Assembly: GCA_031281555.1 (NCBI GenBank)
Contig: JAITFK010000023.1
Span: 444 to 64,443, forward strand
From: Treponema sp.
Lineage (GTDB): Bacteria; Spirochaetota; Spirochaetia; Treponematales; Breznakiellaceae
DNA: 64,000 nt
Reading direction: 5' to 3'
Both the position numbers and the translations under genes were made by a program. Below are positions 10,473-20,183 of this stretch, piece by piece. Under the pieces are notes generated by a model. The model saw only the letters and a list, made by a program, of their open reading frames with translations. It was not told the DNA's origin and ran no database searches. The stretch's first letter is position 1. Each line of letters starts with the position of its first letter.

Positions 10473-10501
10473 TTGTCAAGGCGCTGGTTTTTTGATATAC
10501 T
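10473..10501 (+). promoter_or_regulatory. Sigma70 promoter of rsmE, probably leaderless
   Basis: TTGTCA-17nt-TATACT-6nt-GTG. Confidence 0.65.
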
Positions 10502-10507
10502 TTTACG

Positions 10508-11245
10508 GTGAATATTATTTTATTGGAAGAACACGAACTTGGTCACAATCTTTCAAGGCGCGATGAAAGAACTGTTCATCTTTTAAAAGTGCTTCATAAA
10601 AAAACAGGCGATACTTTCGAAGCCGGAATTCTAGGCGGAATGCGCGGGACAGGAAGGCTAGAAAAGATAAATTTTGACGGTTCAATTTTTATCTCTATAC
10701 AGGCGGATGAGCCGCCTCCGCCTAAATTACGTCTGCGAATGGCTGTTGCTTTTGTTCGCCCTATACAGATACGCCGTATATTCCGCGATCTTTCCTGTAT
10801 AGGAGTATCGGCAATTGATTTGATAGGAACCGATTTTGGTGAAAAAAGTTACCGCGATACAAAATTGTTTGAAGACGGCGGCGCTCATGCAGCTCTTGTG
10901 GAAGGCGCTGTTCAGGCGCGGGACACACAATTGCCGGTTTTTTCCGTATTTGAGGATTTAGATAATTGGCTGGATGAGCGTCCATGGGAGAAAACAGGCA
11001 GTACGCGTATCCCTCTCCTTCATGCGATGGACAATGTAAGAGCGGAAGGCTCTCTTTTTTATATTTCACCGACAAGCCGCCCGTGGGTGATCGCGATTGG
11101 TCCTGAAAGAGGCTGGTCGGACAGGGAAAGAGAACTTTTTGAAAAAGCGGGCTTTATGCGGCTGTCTATGGGTAGCCGCGCTCTTCGTACGGAAACTGCC
11201 TGCGTAGCGGCTGCGGCGCTTGCAATGGAAAAAATAATGGAGTAA
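10508..11245 (+). CDS. rsmE: 16S rRNA m3U1498 methyltransferase (SPOUT)
   Basis: HLLKVL near N-terminus, IGPERGWS..E, MGSRALRTETA. Confidence 0.88.
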   Translation: MNIILLEEHELGHNLSRRDERTVHLLKVLHKKTGDTFEAGILGGMRGTGRLEKINFDGSIFISIQADEPPPPKLRLRMAVAFVRPIQIRRIFRDLSCIGVSAIDLIGTDFGEKSYRDTKLFEDGGAHAALVEGAVQARDTQLPVFSVFEDLDNWLDERPWEKTGSTRIPLLHAMDNVRAEGSLFYISPTSRPWVIAIGPERGWSDRERELFEKAGFMRLSMGSRALRTETACVAAAALAMEKIME

Positions 11246-11247
11246 TT

Positions 11248-12045
11248 ATGAATCAGGATAAAGTAAAAGAAAAACTGCTCGCTATAGAAGATGCACCGCT
11301 TGAATTTACTCTTATATTCTCAGGTAAAAAAAGTAAAAAGGTGAACGGTCTTTACAAGGTACAAAGCAGGGAGATAATTATTCATAACAGAAATTTTAAA
11401 ACGGACGAAGCAGGGCAGAACCTCTTGCTCTATACCGCGATTCATGAATATGCTCATCATTTACATTCTTGCTCGCGCGGCGGTACTCTTTCTTCACGCG
11501 CTCATAACAGCGAGTTTTGGGCTATTTTTCATGCGCTACTGGAAAAAGCGGAAATTAAAAAAATCTACAAAGATGTTTTTTCTGTTTCACCGGAGCTGTT
11601 AAAACTGACAGACGTTATCCGAAACAAGTACCTTAAAAATAACGGTGAGCTTGTAAAAGAAATGGGCAAACATCTGCTCAAGGCTCACGATCTCTGTACC
11701 GGAATCGGCGTGCGTTTTGAAGATTATGTTGACAGAATGCTTCGCATACCAAGAACTGCCGCCAATATGGCGATTAAAATGTTTGAATACGATATTGCTC
11801 CTGAAGTCGGGGCGGACAATATGCGTTTTCTTGCCGGTATCCGCGACAGTGATGAGCGTAAAGCTGCGGAGACTGCTCTTATTAAAGGAAAGAGTCCTGA
11901 TACTGTTAAAATTGCGGTACGCGGAAAAAGTGAAAATGAAAATCCTGTAGAACGCCTTGAAAAAGAAAAAACAAGGCTTGAACGTACAATCGCCGCGCTT
12001 AACAAGAGGCTGAATGAAATAAAACGCGAGCTTGCCCAAAAATAA
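11248..12045 (+). CDS. Hypothetical SprT-like zinc metalloprotease with C-terminal coiled coil
   Basis: TAIHEYAHH (HExxH) followed by AHNSEFW. Confidence 0.55.
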   Translation: MNQDKVKEKLLAIEDAPLEFTLIFSGKKSKKVNGLYKVQSREIIIHNRNFKTDEAGQNLLLYTAIHEYAHHLHSCSRGGTLSSRAHNSEFWAIFHALLEKAEIKKIYKDVFSVSPELLKLTDVIRNKYLKNNGELVKEMGKHLLKAHDLCTGIGVRFEDYVDRMLRIPRTAANMAIKMFEYDIAPEVGADNMRFLAGIRDSDERKAAETALIKGKSPDTVKIAVRGKSENENPVERLEKEKTRLERTIAALNKRLNEIKRELAQK

Positions 12046-12071
12046 TTATGATTGTATCATTTAATTAATAA

Positions 12072-13247
12072 ATGAGTGAAAAAATAAGAAAAGTATACAT
12101 AGATTACAATGCTACAACTCCACTCAGTACTGAAGTGAGGGCGTCCATGATAGAGGATATGGATATTTACGGCAACGCGTCCAGTATGCACGCTTCAGGC
12201 AGACTTGCAAGGAACAGAGTAGAGAAGGCAAGGAACGCTGTAGCTGCTCTTATCGGCGCGTCAAGCGATTCAATTATTTTTACATCGGGAGGCTCCGAAT
12301 CCAATAATACTGTATTCATTACCATGCGCCGTCTTGCGGAAAACAACAGTGAAGGCCGCAACGAATTTGTCATAACGGCCATTGAACATCCGTGTGTGAT
12401 GAATTCGGCGCTTGATATTGAAAAATCCGGATTAAAATTAAAAATTCTCCCCGTTGACGAATACGGAAAACTTAACATGGAAGAATATAACAAAGTCCTA
12501 AACAAAAAAACTCTTTTGGTTTCGGTAATGGCAGCTAACAATGAAATCGGCGTTGTGCAGGATATAAAGAAAATCGCATGTTTGGCAAAAGAAGCCGGAG
12601 CGTTTTTTCATACTGACGCTGTTCAGGCGACGGGGAAAATACCTGTAAATGTTGAGGATTGGGGTGTAGATTATCTTACGCTTTCCGCCCACAAGATTTA
12701 CGGCCCAAAGGGTGTTGGCGCGCTTTATGTCAGAAAAGACGCTCCGATTTTTCCGTTGATACACGGCGGGCATCAGGAAGACGGACACAGGGCAGGCACT
12801 TACAATAACATTGGTATACTGGGTTTTGGAAAAGCGGCTGAATTGGCGGCGAGCGCAATCGACAAATACAGGGAAACAATCTCTTCTCTTCGCAACAGAC
12901 TGCGCGTCGGGCTTCTGGAAAAAATCCCCAATATAAAGGTAAACGGTCACCAAAAAGATACGCTTCCCAATACTTTAAATATTTCATTTCCGGGAGCGGA
13001 AGGAGAATCGATCCTTCTTTCCATGGACATGCAGGGAATTGAAGCAAGTACAGGTTCAGCCTGCGCGTCAGGAAGCCTTGAGCCTTCCCATGTACTTATG
13101 GCTACGGGTCTAAGTCCTGAACTTGCACATAGTTCCATACGTTTCAGCCTTGGATGGGGTATTACAGAAAGTGATATTGATTATATAATAGAAACACTCC
13201 CGCCGATTATCGCGCGGTTAAGGGCAATGTCTACATTGTCAATGTAA
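12072..13247 (+). CDS. iscS: Cysteine desulfurase (NifS/IscS)
   Basis: YIDYNATTP, FTSGGSESNN, HTDAVQ, SAHKIYGPKG, STGSACASGS. Confidence 0.93.
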   Translation: MSEKIRKVYIDYNATTPLSTEVRASMIEDMDIYGNASSMHASGRLARNRVEKARNAVAALIGASSDSIIFTSGGSESNNTVFITMRRLAENNSEGRNEFVITAIEHPCVMNSALDIEKSGLKLKILPVDEYGKLNMEEYNKVLNKKTLLVSVMAANNEIGVVQDIKKIACLAKEAGAFFHTDAVQATGKIPVNVEDWGVDYLTLSAHKIYGPKGVGALYVRKDAPIFPLIHGGHQEDGHRAGTYNNIGILGFGKAAELAASAIDKYRETISSLRNRLRVGLLEKIPNIKVNGHQKDTLPNTLNISFPGAEGESILLSMDMQGIEASTGSACASGSLEPSHVLMATGLSPELAHSSIRFSLGWGITESDIDYIIETLPPIIARLRAMSTLSM

Positions 13248-13255
13248 GGAAGTTT

Positions 13256-13846
13256 ATGTCCGACTGGCTGTATTCAGACACTGTAAAGGATCACTTTACA
13301 AATCCCCGTAATGTGCTTTTTGAAGACGAGGCAAGCTTTGCTCCCGACGCGCGCGGGCAGACAGGGAATATAAAATGCGGGGATCAAATGTTAATGCTCC
13401 TTAAAATCAAAGATGATAAAATAACTGATGTCCGCTGGAAAACATACGGCTGCGCGAGCGCTATAGCTTCAACAAGTATGTTATCTGAAACTATCAAGGG
13501 AATGAAGATCGAAGACGCTTACAGAATACGGCCTGAAGACCTTGTAGAAAAACTTGGAGGGCTTCCCAGTTTTAAAATACACTGTTCCGTCTTAGGTGAT
13601 AAAGCCCTGAGAGAAGCAATTGACGATTACCTCGCAAAAACCGGCAGAGCCGGAATGTTAAAGGAAGAATCAAAAGTTATCTGTCATTGTCTTGGAATTA
13701 CGGATAAGGACATTGAAGCGGCATTCCATAACGGCGCTCGTACATGGGAACATCTTCAACAGGCTACTAAAATCGGCACTGTCTGCGGAAGCTGCCGTGA
13801 AAAGACTGAAGAATTGGTACACGGCCTTGAGCACATTTATTCGTAG
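13256..13846 (+). CDS. iscU: Fe-S scaffold IscU/NifU-N fused to a BFD-like [2Fe-2S] domain
   Basis: HFTNPRN, CGD, GCASAIAS, KIHCS; C-terminal ICHC...GTVCGSC. Confidence 0.85.
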   Translation: MSDWLYSDTVKDHFTNPRNVLFEDEASFAPDARGQTGNIKCGDQMLMLLKIKDDKITDVRWKTYGCASAIASTSMLSETIKGMKIEDAYRIRPEDLVEKLGGLPSFKIHCSVLGDKALREAIDDYLAKTGRAGMLKEESKVICHCLGITDKDIEAAFHNGARTWEHLQQATKIGTVCGSCREKTEELVHGLEHIYS

Positions 13847-13863
13847 AACATAATTCCTATTAC

Positions 13864-13908
13864 AAAAAAACGGGGCTGTCCAAGAAGTAAAACTTGGGCA
13901 GCCCCGTT
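13864..13908. terminator. Intrinsic terminator between convergent iscU and P83/100 genes
   Basis: AACGGGGCTGTCCAAG...CTTGGGCAGCCCCGTT stem; U-run on the minus strand. Confidence 0.75.
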
Positions 13909-13922
13909 GCAAGGTTAAAATC

Positions 13923-15503
13923 CTATTTAGATTCCGTTAAGTCATCAGGGTTCAGTATTAATGCTGAACCGCTTTCATTCTGGGTAAGAAGCCGTCCCTG
14001 CTGGAACGCAACTGATGCTTGAGGATGTACTTGAAGACTTGATTTAGCCTGTAAAACAAGATTGGTATCAAAACGGCCGAGGTAACAGAAGTTATTGCTG
14101 AGATCAACCGTAATCGCGTAAAGATAATTTGTATTTACCCAAATCAGACTTCCTGACATAATGTCATCTTCGCCGAATTTAACTGTTTCCAATGTATCCT
14201 GATTTATCTCAGTCAGGCGGATAGTAGCGTCGCCTCTGTTTTCACCCGCAATCGCGATTATTTTTTTGTCAATAAAGGTTACTGTCCGTGTATGTATTGT
14301 ATTTAACACAGAACGGCCGATTTCATTTGCGGTTGTTGCATTAAAAAGTATTAACCTCCCTCTTCCCGGATCTGTACTTTCGATCGTTATTCCAAGAAGC
14401 CCTCCGACTGTATCATTGAAATTATTATTCTGTTGGGTTCCCTGCGCGGTTCCTGAAGCATTTCCGGAACTTGTACCGGTATTGCCGTCAGCTATTGTTG
14501 ACTGTTGATCTTGTGCAATTTCCTCACGTTCCTGCTGCGCTTCTTCTGTTTTTTGTTCGGCGAATTCTTCCAGCTTTTGCGCTTCTTCACTCCGCTGTTC
14601 AAGCTCTTTTTCCCTTTCTGCCAGTTCCTGTTCTTTTTGACTGTCCAGCGGTTGTTCTCTTTCCTGGGCTATCTGTCTTTCTTCCTGTCTGATTGCTTCA
14701 CGTTCATCCTGAGCGCGTCTCTGGGCTTCTTCCGCTTCGCGTTCTTTTAAATCGACCATATCCTGACGCTGCGGTACGCTTTGATCGCTTTCCTTTCGCA
14801 ACTCTTCAATAACGCGGCTGTCAGAAATGACGGAAGTATCAACAGAGCTTAAGCCTCCGCTTCCAAGCGGGATAACTATCAACGTTCTTCCCGGCCATTC
14901 GTCATAACGAATGGAAAGCCCCGCTTTCTCCCTGACAAGATCATTAATCACAGGGGTTTTATATTTTTTTGTAAAATAGTCCCAGTTGCCCCGGTATACA
15001 GCATTGTAAATTGTTATATATTCCGCCAAAAGAGCTGCGTCTTTTTCACTGTAATCATACGCAGCCTGTAAGTACCCCTGTATAATTGTGCGCAAGTTCC
15101 TGATATGGTCTACGCCTGTGTCTACTCCAAGACCGAAAATGTCCGCGTCAAGCTTACCGTCCTCATAGGCTGATACATTGTGAATGACAAAATATCTGTT
15201 TGAAGCACCTGATTCAAACCTGTAGGAATATTGCCTTCTTTGTTCAAGAGTCATTCCTTCCAGCGTAGACGCGATGCCTTTTTCCCTTTCTGAAATCTGC
15301 CGTCCCACTGCTACGCCGATTTGACGAATCTCTTCTTTTGTATCTATACGGGTATGCGGGCCTTCATAATTCAAAAAAACTACAGGCGGAAGATTACTTA
15401 ATTCATCTTCATCAACCTGAGCATGGACTGCTGCGGTTAATCCTGTTAGTATTATTATGGTAATAGTCCAGAATTTTAATAAAAAACATTTTGGCATTTT
15501 CAT
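13923..15503 (-). CDS. P83/100 family protein (spirochete antigen)
   Basis: Signal peptide; FLNYEGP, DADIF, VDHIRNLR.I..GYL..AY, YNAVYRG, WPGRT.IVIPL; central coiled coil. Confidence 0.8.
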   Translation of the reverse strand: MKMPKCFLLKFWTITIIILTGLTAAVHAQVDEDELSNLPPVVFLNYEGPHTRIDTKEEIRQIGVAVGRQISEREKGIASTLEGMTLEQRRQYSYRFESGASNRYFVIHNVSAYEDGKLDADIFGLGVDTGVDHIRNLRTIIQGYLQAAYDYSEKDAALLAEYITIYNAVYRGNWDYFTKKYKTPVINDLVREKAGLSIRYDEWPGRTLIVIPLGSGGLSSVDTSVISDSRVIEELRKESDQSVPQRQDMVDLKEREAEEAQRRAQDEREAIRQEERQIAQEREQPLDSQKEQELAEREKELEQRSEEAQKLEEFAEQKTEEAQQEREEIAQDQQSTIADGNTGTSSGNASGTAQGTQQNNNFNDTVGGLLGITIESTDPGRGRLILFNATTANEIGRSVLNTIHTRTVTFIDKKIIAIAGENRGDATIRLTEINQDTLETVKFGEDDIMSGSLIWVNTNYLYAITVDLSNNFCYLGRFDTNLVLQAKSSLQVHPQASVAFQQGRLLTQNESGSALILNPDDLTESK

Positions 15504-15681
15504 GGCAATACTCCTAATCTTTTTATTTTATTATATATTAAGAAAATAGTACATATAAAACAATATATTTAAGAGCTTTCCAAAACTACAGTTTTTGAAA
15601 AAACTTACTTAGATTAAAAAACAGCTTTTTAGCTGGTATATGAATGCTTTAAAAAAAATTAACCGAATTTGAAAATATTGC

Positions 15682-15718
15682 TTGATATTTATCTTTTTCT
15701 GTATTACGATTTGTAATA
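15682..15718 (+). promoter_or_regulatory. Promoter and palindromic operator of the TA operon
   Basis: TTGATA-17nt-TACGAT-7nt-ATG; palindrome TATTAC-GATTT-GTAATA (15702-15718) overlaps the -10 box. Confidence 0.65.
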
Positions 15719-15999
15719 TGAAAACAATAATAATGAAAAATGATAAAATTACCACTGTCAGGCTTCCCATAGAAACCAGGAATAAACTCTTGTCTATAGC
15801 GAAAGCAAAAAACAGAACAAAATCGGAAATTATCATAGAATCGCTTGAAATGTACTATAAACTGGAAGAGAACGAAATTGATTCATATACTTTGGGCCTC
15901 CCCTTTTTCGGCAAGTATGACCTGGGTCCGGAAGATCTTTCAATTACATACAAACAACGTATAAAAGAGAAACTTCATGCCAGACAGAATTCTTATTGA
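15718..15999 (+). CDS. RHH/CopG-type antitoxin (VapB-like)
   Basis: ITTVRLP....KL...AK....TKSEII ribbon-helix-helix pattern; overlaps the PIN gene. Confidence 0.75.
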   Translation: MKTIIMKNDKITTVRLPIETRNKLLSIAKAKNRTKSEIIIESLEMYYKLEENEIDSYTLGLPFFGKYDLGPEDLSITYKQRIKEKLHARQNSY

Positions 16000-16396
16000 T
16001 TCTGGTCCTCTTATTGCTCTTTTTCATTCCGGTGATAACCATCATAAAAAAATACGGAATTTTCTGGCAAAGAAGAAATATTTATTTATCAGTACACTAG
16101 CGGTTTTTACTGAGGTTTCTTATTTCTTAAACGCCAACATCAACGCTCAGCTGGATTTTTTTAATTGGGTGATGTATAAAGGAGTTGTTATCAACGACAT
16201 AAATCAACATGATATACCCCGCCTTATCGAATTAACTGAAAAATATTCCGATCTGCCAATGGATTTCGCGGACGCTACTTTAGTTATTACTGCGGAAAAA
16301 ACGGGTATTCGCCAAATAATAAGTCTGGACAGTGATTTTGATATTTACCGTCTGCCCGGTAGAGAAAAAATACATAATGTTTACAAGAGTGAGTAA
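15977..16396 (+). CDS. vapC: PIN-domain toxin (VapC-like)
   Basis: LIDSGPLIAL, MDFADATLV, SLDSDF. Confidence 0.85.
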   Translation: MPDRILIDSGPLIALFHSGDNHHKKIRNFLAKKKYLFISTLAVFTEVSYFLNANINAQLDFFNWVMYKGVVINDINQHDIPRLIELTEKYSDLPMDFADATLVITAEKTGIRQIISLDSDFDIYRLPGREKIHNVYKSE

Positions 16397-16416
16397 TCGG
16401 GAAGAAAGTTTAAGTT

Positions 16417-18117
16417 CTACTGCAGCGATGCCAGTTCTTTCAGAGCTTGTCTCCTTATCGCGGACGATTGGTAACTCTCACAAAGCAGGTTGAGAATTTT
16501 GACTCCTGTTTGACTTAAAGGCGGCCCTGAAAAACGGCAAAGGGCTCCTGTCGCTGAGGTTATCGCAGATAGCACCTGGCTTTCTTTTGTGCCGCTATAG
16601 ATTATTGAATAGAGAAAAGCCTGTATTGCGATACCGTCGGGGTCCGTACCTATATCTCCGATAGCGGAAGCGGCTGCCGCTTTTATTACAGGTTCGTTCT
16701 CCCTGTTAAAAATGCTCACAAGCCAGGGGATTGTCTCCCTTGAACCTATTTGCCCCAAAAGACGCAAAGCGCTTACTCTGTACTGGATATGCATCTGATT
16801 TGCAGATAACGTCAGTAAAAAAGTCGTCCATGCCCCTTCATTTGCTCCGACTCTGCCGAATTTTACGGCGGAGCTTATTTGATCAAGCGTCCTTTTTATC
16901 TCATATTCAGAAAGCGGAAGCGGCGGCATATATATTGCCTGAGGACTGCCCATTTTGTAGGAACCTTCAGGAAACGTCCCGTAAAAACCGTCTCTTGCGG
17001 ATAACGGGCGATCTTCAGCTTTATACGCATAAAGTATCCAGTCATTTCCTCCCGAATAAAGCAGGCCGTTTTCATCAATGACGGGAATGGAAGCGGAATT
17101 TTGCAGACTTATCAGCCACAATCTTCTGCCGTCGTGTGAAAAACCTGACGCTCCGTTTTTGCTTAAGATGTATATACCTCTTTCGTCAAAAATAATTTCC
17201 GCTTCCGTTTCGGGTTTACCGCCCCTTATTAAGTTATCCCTGATATGGCTGTCGCCTTCCCATAATACTTTTCTTTCGTCTAACGAAACAAATGATATTT
17301 TACCGTTATTTAAAACTGCTGCGATATTGCCGTTTTTGTATTCAGCCGCAAGTACACCGGCGGATAATTTCGGCAGAAGCGTGAATTGAAATTCATTTTG
17401 AGAAGTTAAATACCAGTCTTCGGCGGCTCCTATAATTTCCATGCTTCCGTCAGTATACAGCGCCATAATTCTGTAATGATCTATTGAGACCAATGCCGCA
17501 GGCTTGTTTGAAAGCGTCCATAAATTGGAATTGCCGAAAGGATCGATGCGGTAGACTTCATTATTCTCAAGAGCAAAAATTATTCCTCCGCTGTGAGACA
17601 GACACGGAGCCAGAGAAATGGCGGTTTCGAATGTTCTTGTCCAAAGCAGACTCCCAGACGCTGTGTAACAAAGAAGAGTTTTTCCGGCAGGTACAAATAG
17701 TCTTCCGTCCCAGCCTGGAATTACTCTTGCGCTTAAAGGGCTTCCGATATTACGCCGCCACAATTCGCGCCCTGAACGGTTTACAGCTATTAATATCCCG
17801 TTTGTCCTTGCGATATACGAAGTGCCTTCCGGTGATCGCGTAACATAGGGGCTTATTTTAGCTCTTGCGGAATAGTTCCAGATGGGTGTACCGGTAACTG
17901 AGTATGCCTTGATATTTCCGCCGTCTAACGCGACAACAACGGATTGCGCCTGTACGCTTGGCATTGACAATACAGAGCCGCCAAGCGCTTGCCGCCAAAA
18001 CGGTTCAGAATTTGAAAGATTCTGACCCTGGTTTGCGGTATTGTTTTGAGAAAAAACAGAACCGGCGCATATAACGGCGCCCAACAGTAAAATTATTTTT
18101 TTTTGTAAGGCGTACAT
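16417..18117 (-). CDS. Exported PQQ-like beta-propeller protein with C-terminal HEAT repeats
   Basis: Signal peptide; repeated G..LW blades; ALRLLGQIG and AASAIGDIG repeats. Confidence 0.65.
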   Translation of the reverse strand: MYALQKKIILLLGAVICAGSVFSQNNTANQGQNLSNSEPFWRQALGGSVLSMPSVQAQSVVVALDGGNIKAYSVTGTPIWNYSARAKISPYVTRSPEGTSYIARTNGILIAVNRSGRELWRRNIGSPLSARVIPGWDGRLFVPAGKTLLCYTASGSLLWTRTFETAISLAPCLSHSGGIIFALENNEVYRIDPFGNSNLWTLSNKPAALVSIDHYRIMALYTDGSMEIIGAAEDWYLTSQNEFQFTLLPKLSAGVLAAEYKNGNIAAVLNNGKISFVSLDERKVLWEGDSHIRDNLIRGGKPETEAEIIFDERGIYILSKNGASGFSHDGRRLWLISLQNSASIPVIDENGLLYSGGNDWILYAYKAEDRPLSARDGFYGTFPEGSYKMGSPQAIYMPPLPLSEYEIKRTLDQISSAVKFGRVGANEGAWTTFLLTLSANQMHIQYRVSALRLLGQIGSRETIPWLVSIFNRENEPVIKAAAASAIGDIGTDPDGIAIQAFLYSIIYSGTKESQVLSAITSATGALCRFSGPPLSQTGVKILNLLCESYQSSAIRRQALKELASLQ

Positions 18118-18192
18118 TAATTATTATTATACAATAATTTTCACACACAGGCACAGGTGTATATTTATTTCCATGCTTTTTATGCGGGAATA

Positions 18193-19380
18193 TTAAACTT
18201 GTTTTTCAAAGACAGCCAGGCTTTCAATATGCGCCGTTTGGGGATAAAAATCAAAAAGTTTAAGGTCTTTTAATCTGTATCCGCCGTTTAAAAGAATTCC
18301 GGAATCTCGCGCGAGAGACGCGGCATCGCAGGAGACATACGCCAATAAAAGTGGTCCGTATCGCGCTAGGGAAAGAGCGAAGCTGTGAGCTAAACCTGCT
18401 CTCGGCGGATCGGCAACCGCGAAACCAAACTTGAGGTTTTTACGCAATATTGCCTTCTCCCACGCGGTATCGCGTAACGCGAAAAGCTCGGCGTTTATTC
18501 CTTTTAAATTTTCTCTTGCGAAGCTGATTGCTTTTTTATTTTCTTCCGCAAGGATTATTTTTGGAAATTTTTCTTCTGCTTTTGTAAGAAGAAAGAGTGC
18601 GAATGTCCCGATACCGCAGTAAAAATCCGCGGCGGGAAGGGTAGTACCAGCTGTCCGCGCGATTTCGATCAAGCTTAAAATTAGTTTTTCCAGCATGGAA
18701 ATATTACTCTGAAAAAAAACACCAGCGTCAAGAAGAATATCCCTGTCAAGAAGCCTGATTTTTCCCGTTTCAAGACCATTTTCAATCAGGAAAAGATCAT
18801 TAAAAGAAAAAACCGTAAATCTGTCCTTTTCAGGCGGCAAGGGCAAGTTTTTTCCTTCCTGTAAAAGTTTCCTGATACCGTTTTCAGCGACAGGACAATC
18901 CGTAACGGCGATTATTTCACCGCTTCCTCGCCCCTTTAATCCAAAGCTGCGGTTATCGTTTTTTGCCTTCTCTCTCAGGCAATGAAACTGCATCCTGTTG
19001 CGGTATTCAAAGGGAGAGGAGGGGACTATTTCCATCTGAGGCAGTCCGTCTAAATCAAAACCGCCGATTCGTAAAAATGAATCTTTCAGGATAGCGGCTT
19101 TAGCGGCAAGCTGCGCGCTATACTCAATATGTTGAAGGCTGCATCCGCCGCACTTACCGTAAAACGGACAAACACTTTTTACTCTTACAGGAGAAGGCTC
19201 AATAATTTCCAGTAACTGCGCTCTTGCCCATGTCTTGTGTTCTTCAATAATCCGGCACAGAACTGTTTCATCAGGCGCTCCGCCCTCTACAAAAATAGGT
19301 TTCCCGTCCAAGCGTCCGAGAGCGTCTCCTCCGGGAGCGATACTTTGAAGAAATATTTTTATTACATCGCCTGCCGCCAT
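18193..19380 (-). CDS. TRAM-domain RNA m5U methyltransferase (RlmD/TrmA family)
   Basis: TRAM domain, CPFYGKCGGCSLQH, FFQSN, DFYCGIG, DPPRAG, YVSCD, DFYPQTAHIES; start 19380 or 19392. Confidence 0.88.
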   Translation of the reverse strand: MAAGDVIKIFLQSIAPGGDALGRLDGKPIFVEGGAPDETVLCRIIEEHKTWARAQLLEIIEPSPVRVKSVCPFYGKCGGCSLQHIEYSAQLAAKAAILKDSFLRIGGFDLDGLPQMEIVPSSPFEYRNRMQFHCLREKAKNDNRSFGLKGRGSGEIIAVTDCPVAENGIRKLLQEGKNLPLPPEKDRFTVFSFNDLFLIENGLETGKIRLLDRDILLDAGVFFQSNISMLEKLILSLIEIARTAGTTLPAADFYCGIGTFALFLLTKAEEKFPKIILAEENKKAISFARENLKGINAELFALRDTAWEKAILRKNLKFGFAVADPPRAGLAHSFALSLARYGPLLLAYVSCDAASLARDSGILLNGGYRLKDLKLFDFYPQTAHIESLAVFEKQV

Positions 19381-19434
19381 GTTTTTTATCATACAGGGAT
19401 AAATTAAAAATGTATGCTGTCAAACCATGCATAT

Positions 19435-19983
19435 TTAAATAGGTTTAATACCCATTTGATTTATGAAACTTACAGAGTCTGTTACTTTTGTCTCATTTGG
19501 GTTTATGTTCTCATAACTCTTTGTAAGTTTTAACAGTAGTTTTATTTTAGCTATAGAGTCATTACGCCAGATAGAATTTGGATATTCAAGGATTACCTTT
19601 GTAAAATAATTTTCAGAGAGATAAATTGACAATATTATATTAGTTAACGCTTGTTTTAATTCATTATACGGCTTAAGCGAAAAACTATTATCTGTTTTAC
19701 GTTTATAAATAAAGTTAGGGTGAATGTTTTTATAGTATTTTATGCCTAATTTATAGTACAGGTAATCCTGATTCTCAAGTTGTATAAGTCCGTTTTCCGA
19801 TTTGTTTGAAGCGTCAATGGTAACTTCTTGTCTGTTTTTTGAAAATATTTTCAAGTCATTAAGTATATTGGTTAATTTTATTGTAATTTCATTATTAACG
19901 GTTTCCGTATTTGCATTTTTGGTCAAATCCGGGTGATATTTTTTTATAAGATGTTTTATAAGTTTTTTTATATCTTTATTCAT
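19435..19983 (-). CDS. AT-rich hypothetical protein with a J-domain-like HPD motif
   Basis: KHLIKKYHPD near N-terminus; start uncertain (19983 or 20013). Confidence 0.5.
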   Translation of the reverse strand: MNKDIKKLIKHLIKKYHPDLTKNANTETVNNEITIKLTNILNDLKIFSKNRQEVTIDASNKSENGLIQLENQDYLYYKLGIKYYKNIHPNFIYKRKTDNSFSLKPYNELKQALTNIILSIYLSENYFTKVILEYPNSIWRNDSIAKIKLLLKLTKSYENINPNETKVTDSVSFINQMGIKPI

Positions 19984-20183
19984 GCTAAAAACCTGAAAAA
20001 TATTTTCCGACAAAGATGCAGTATAAGGCAGTAAATTTATTTCCTATTATAAGAATATACTTAATTAACGCGCTGTACAATGTATGGAAAAATCATGCTT
20101 TGTTACTGTTTCAGCATTAAACCTGACCCATTATGGCGTGATTATTTATTGATTTATACCTGTATTTCTGCTATTATTTTTAC

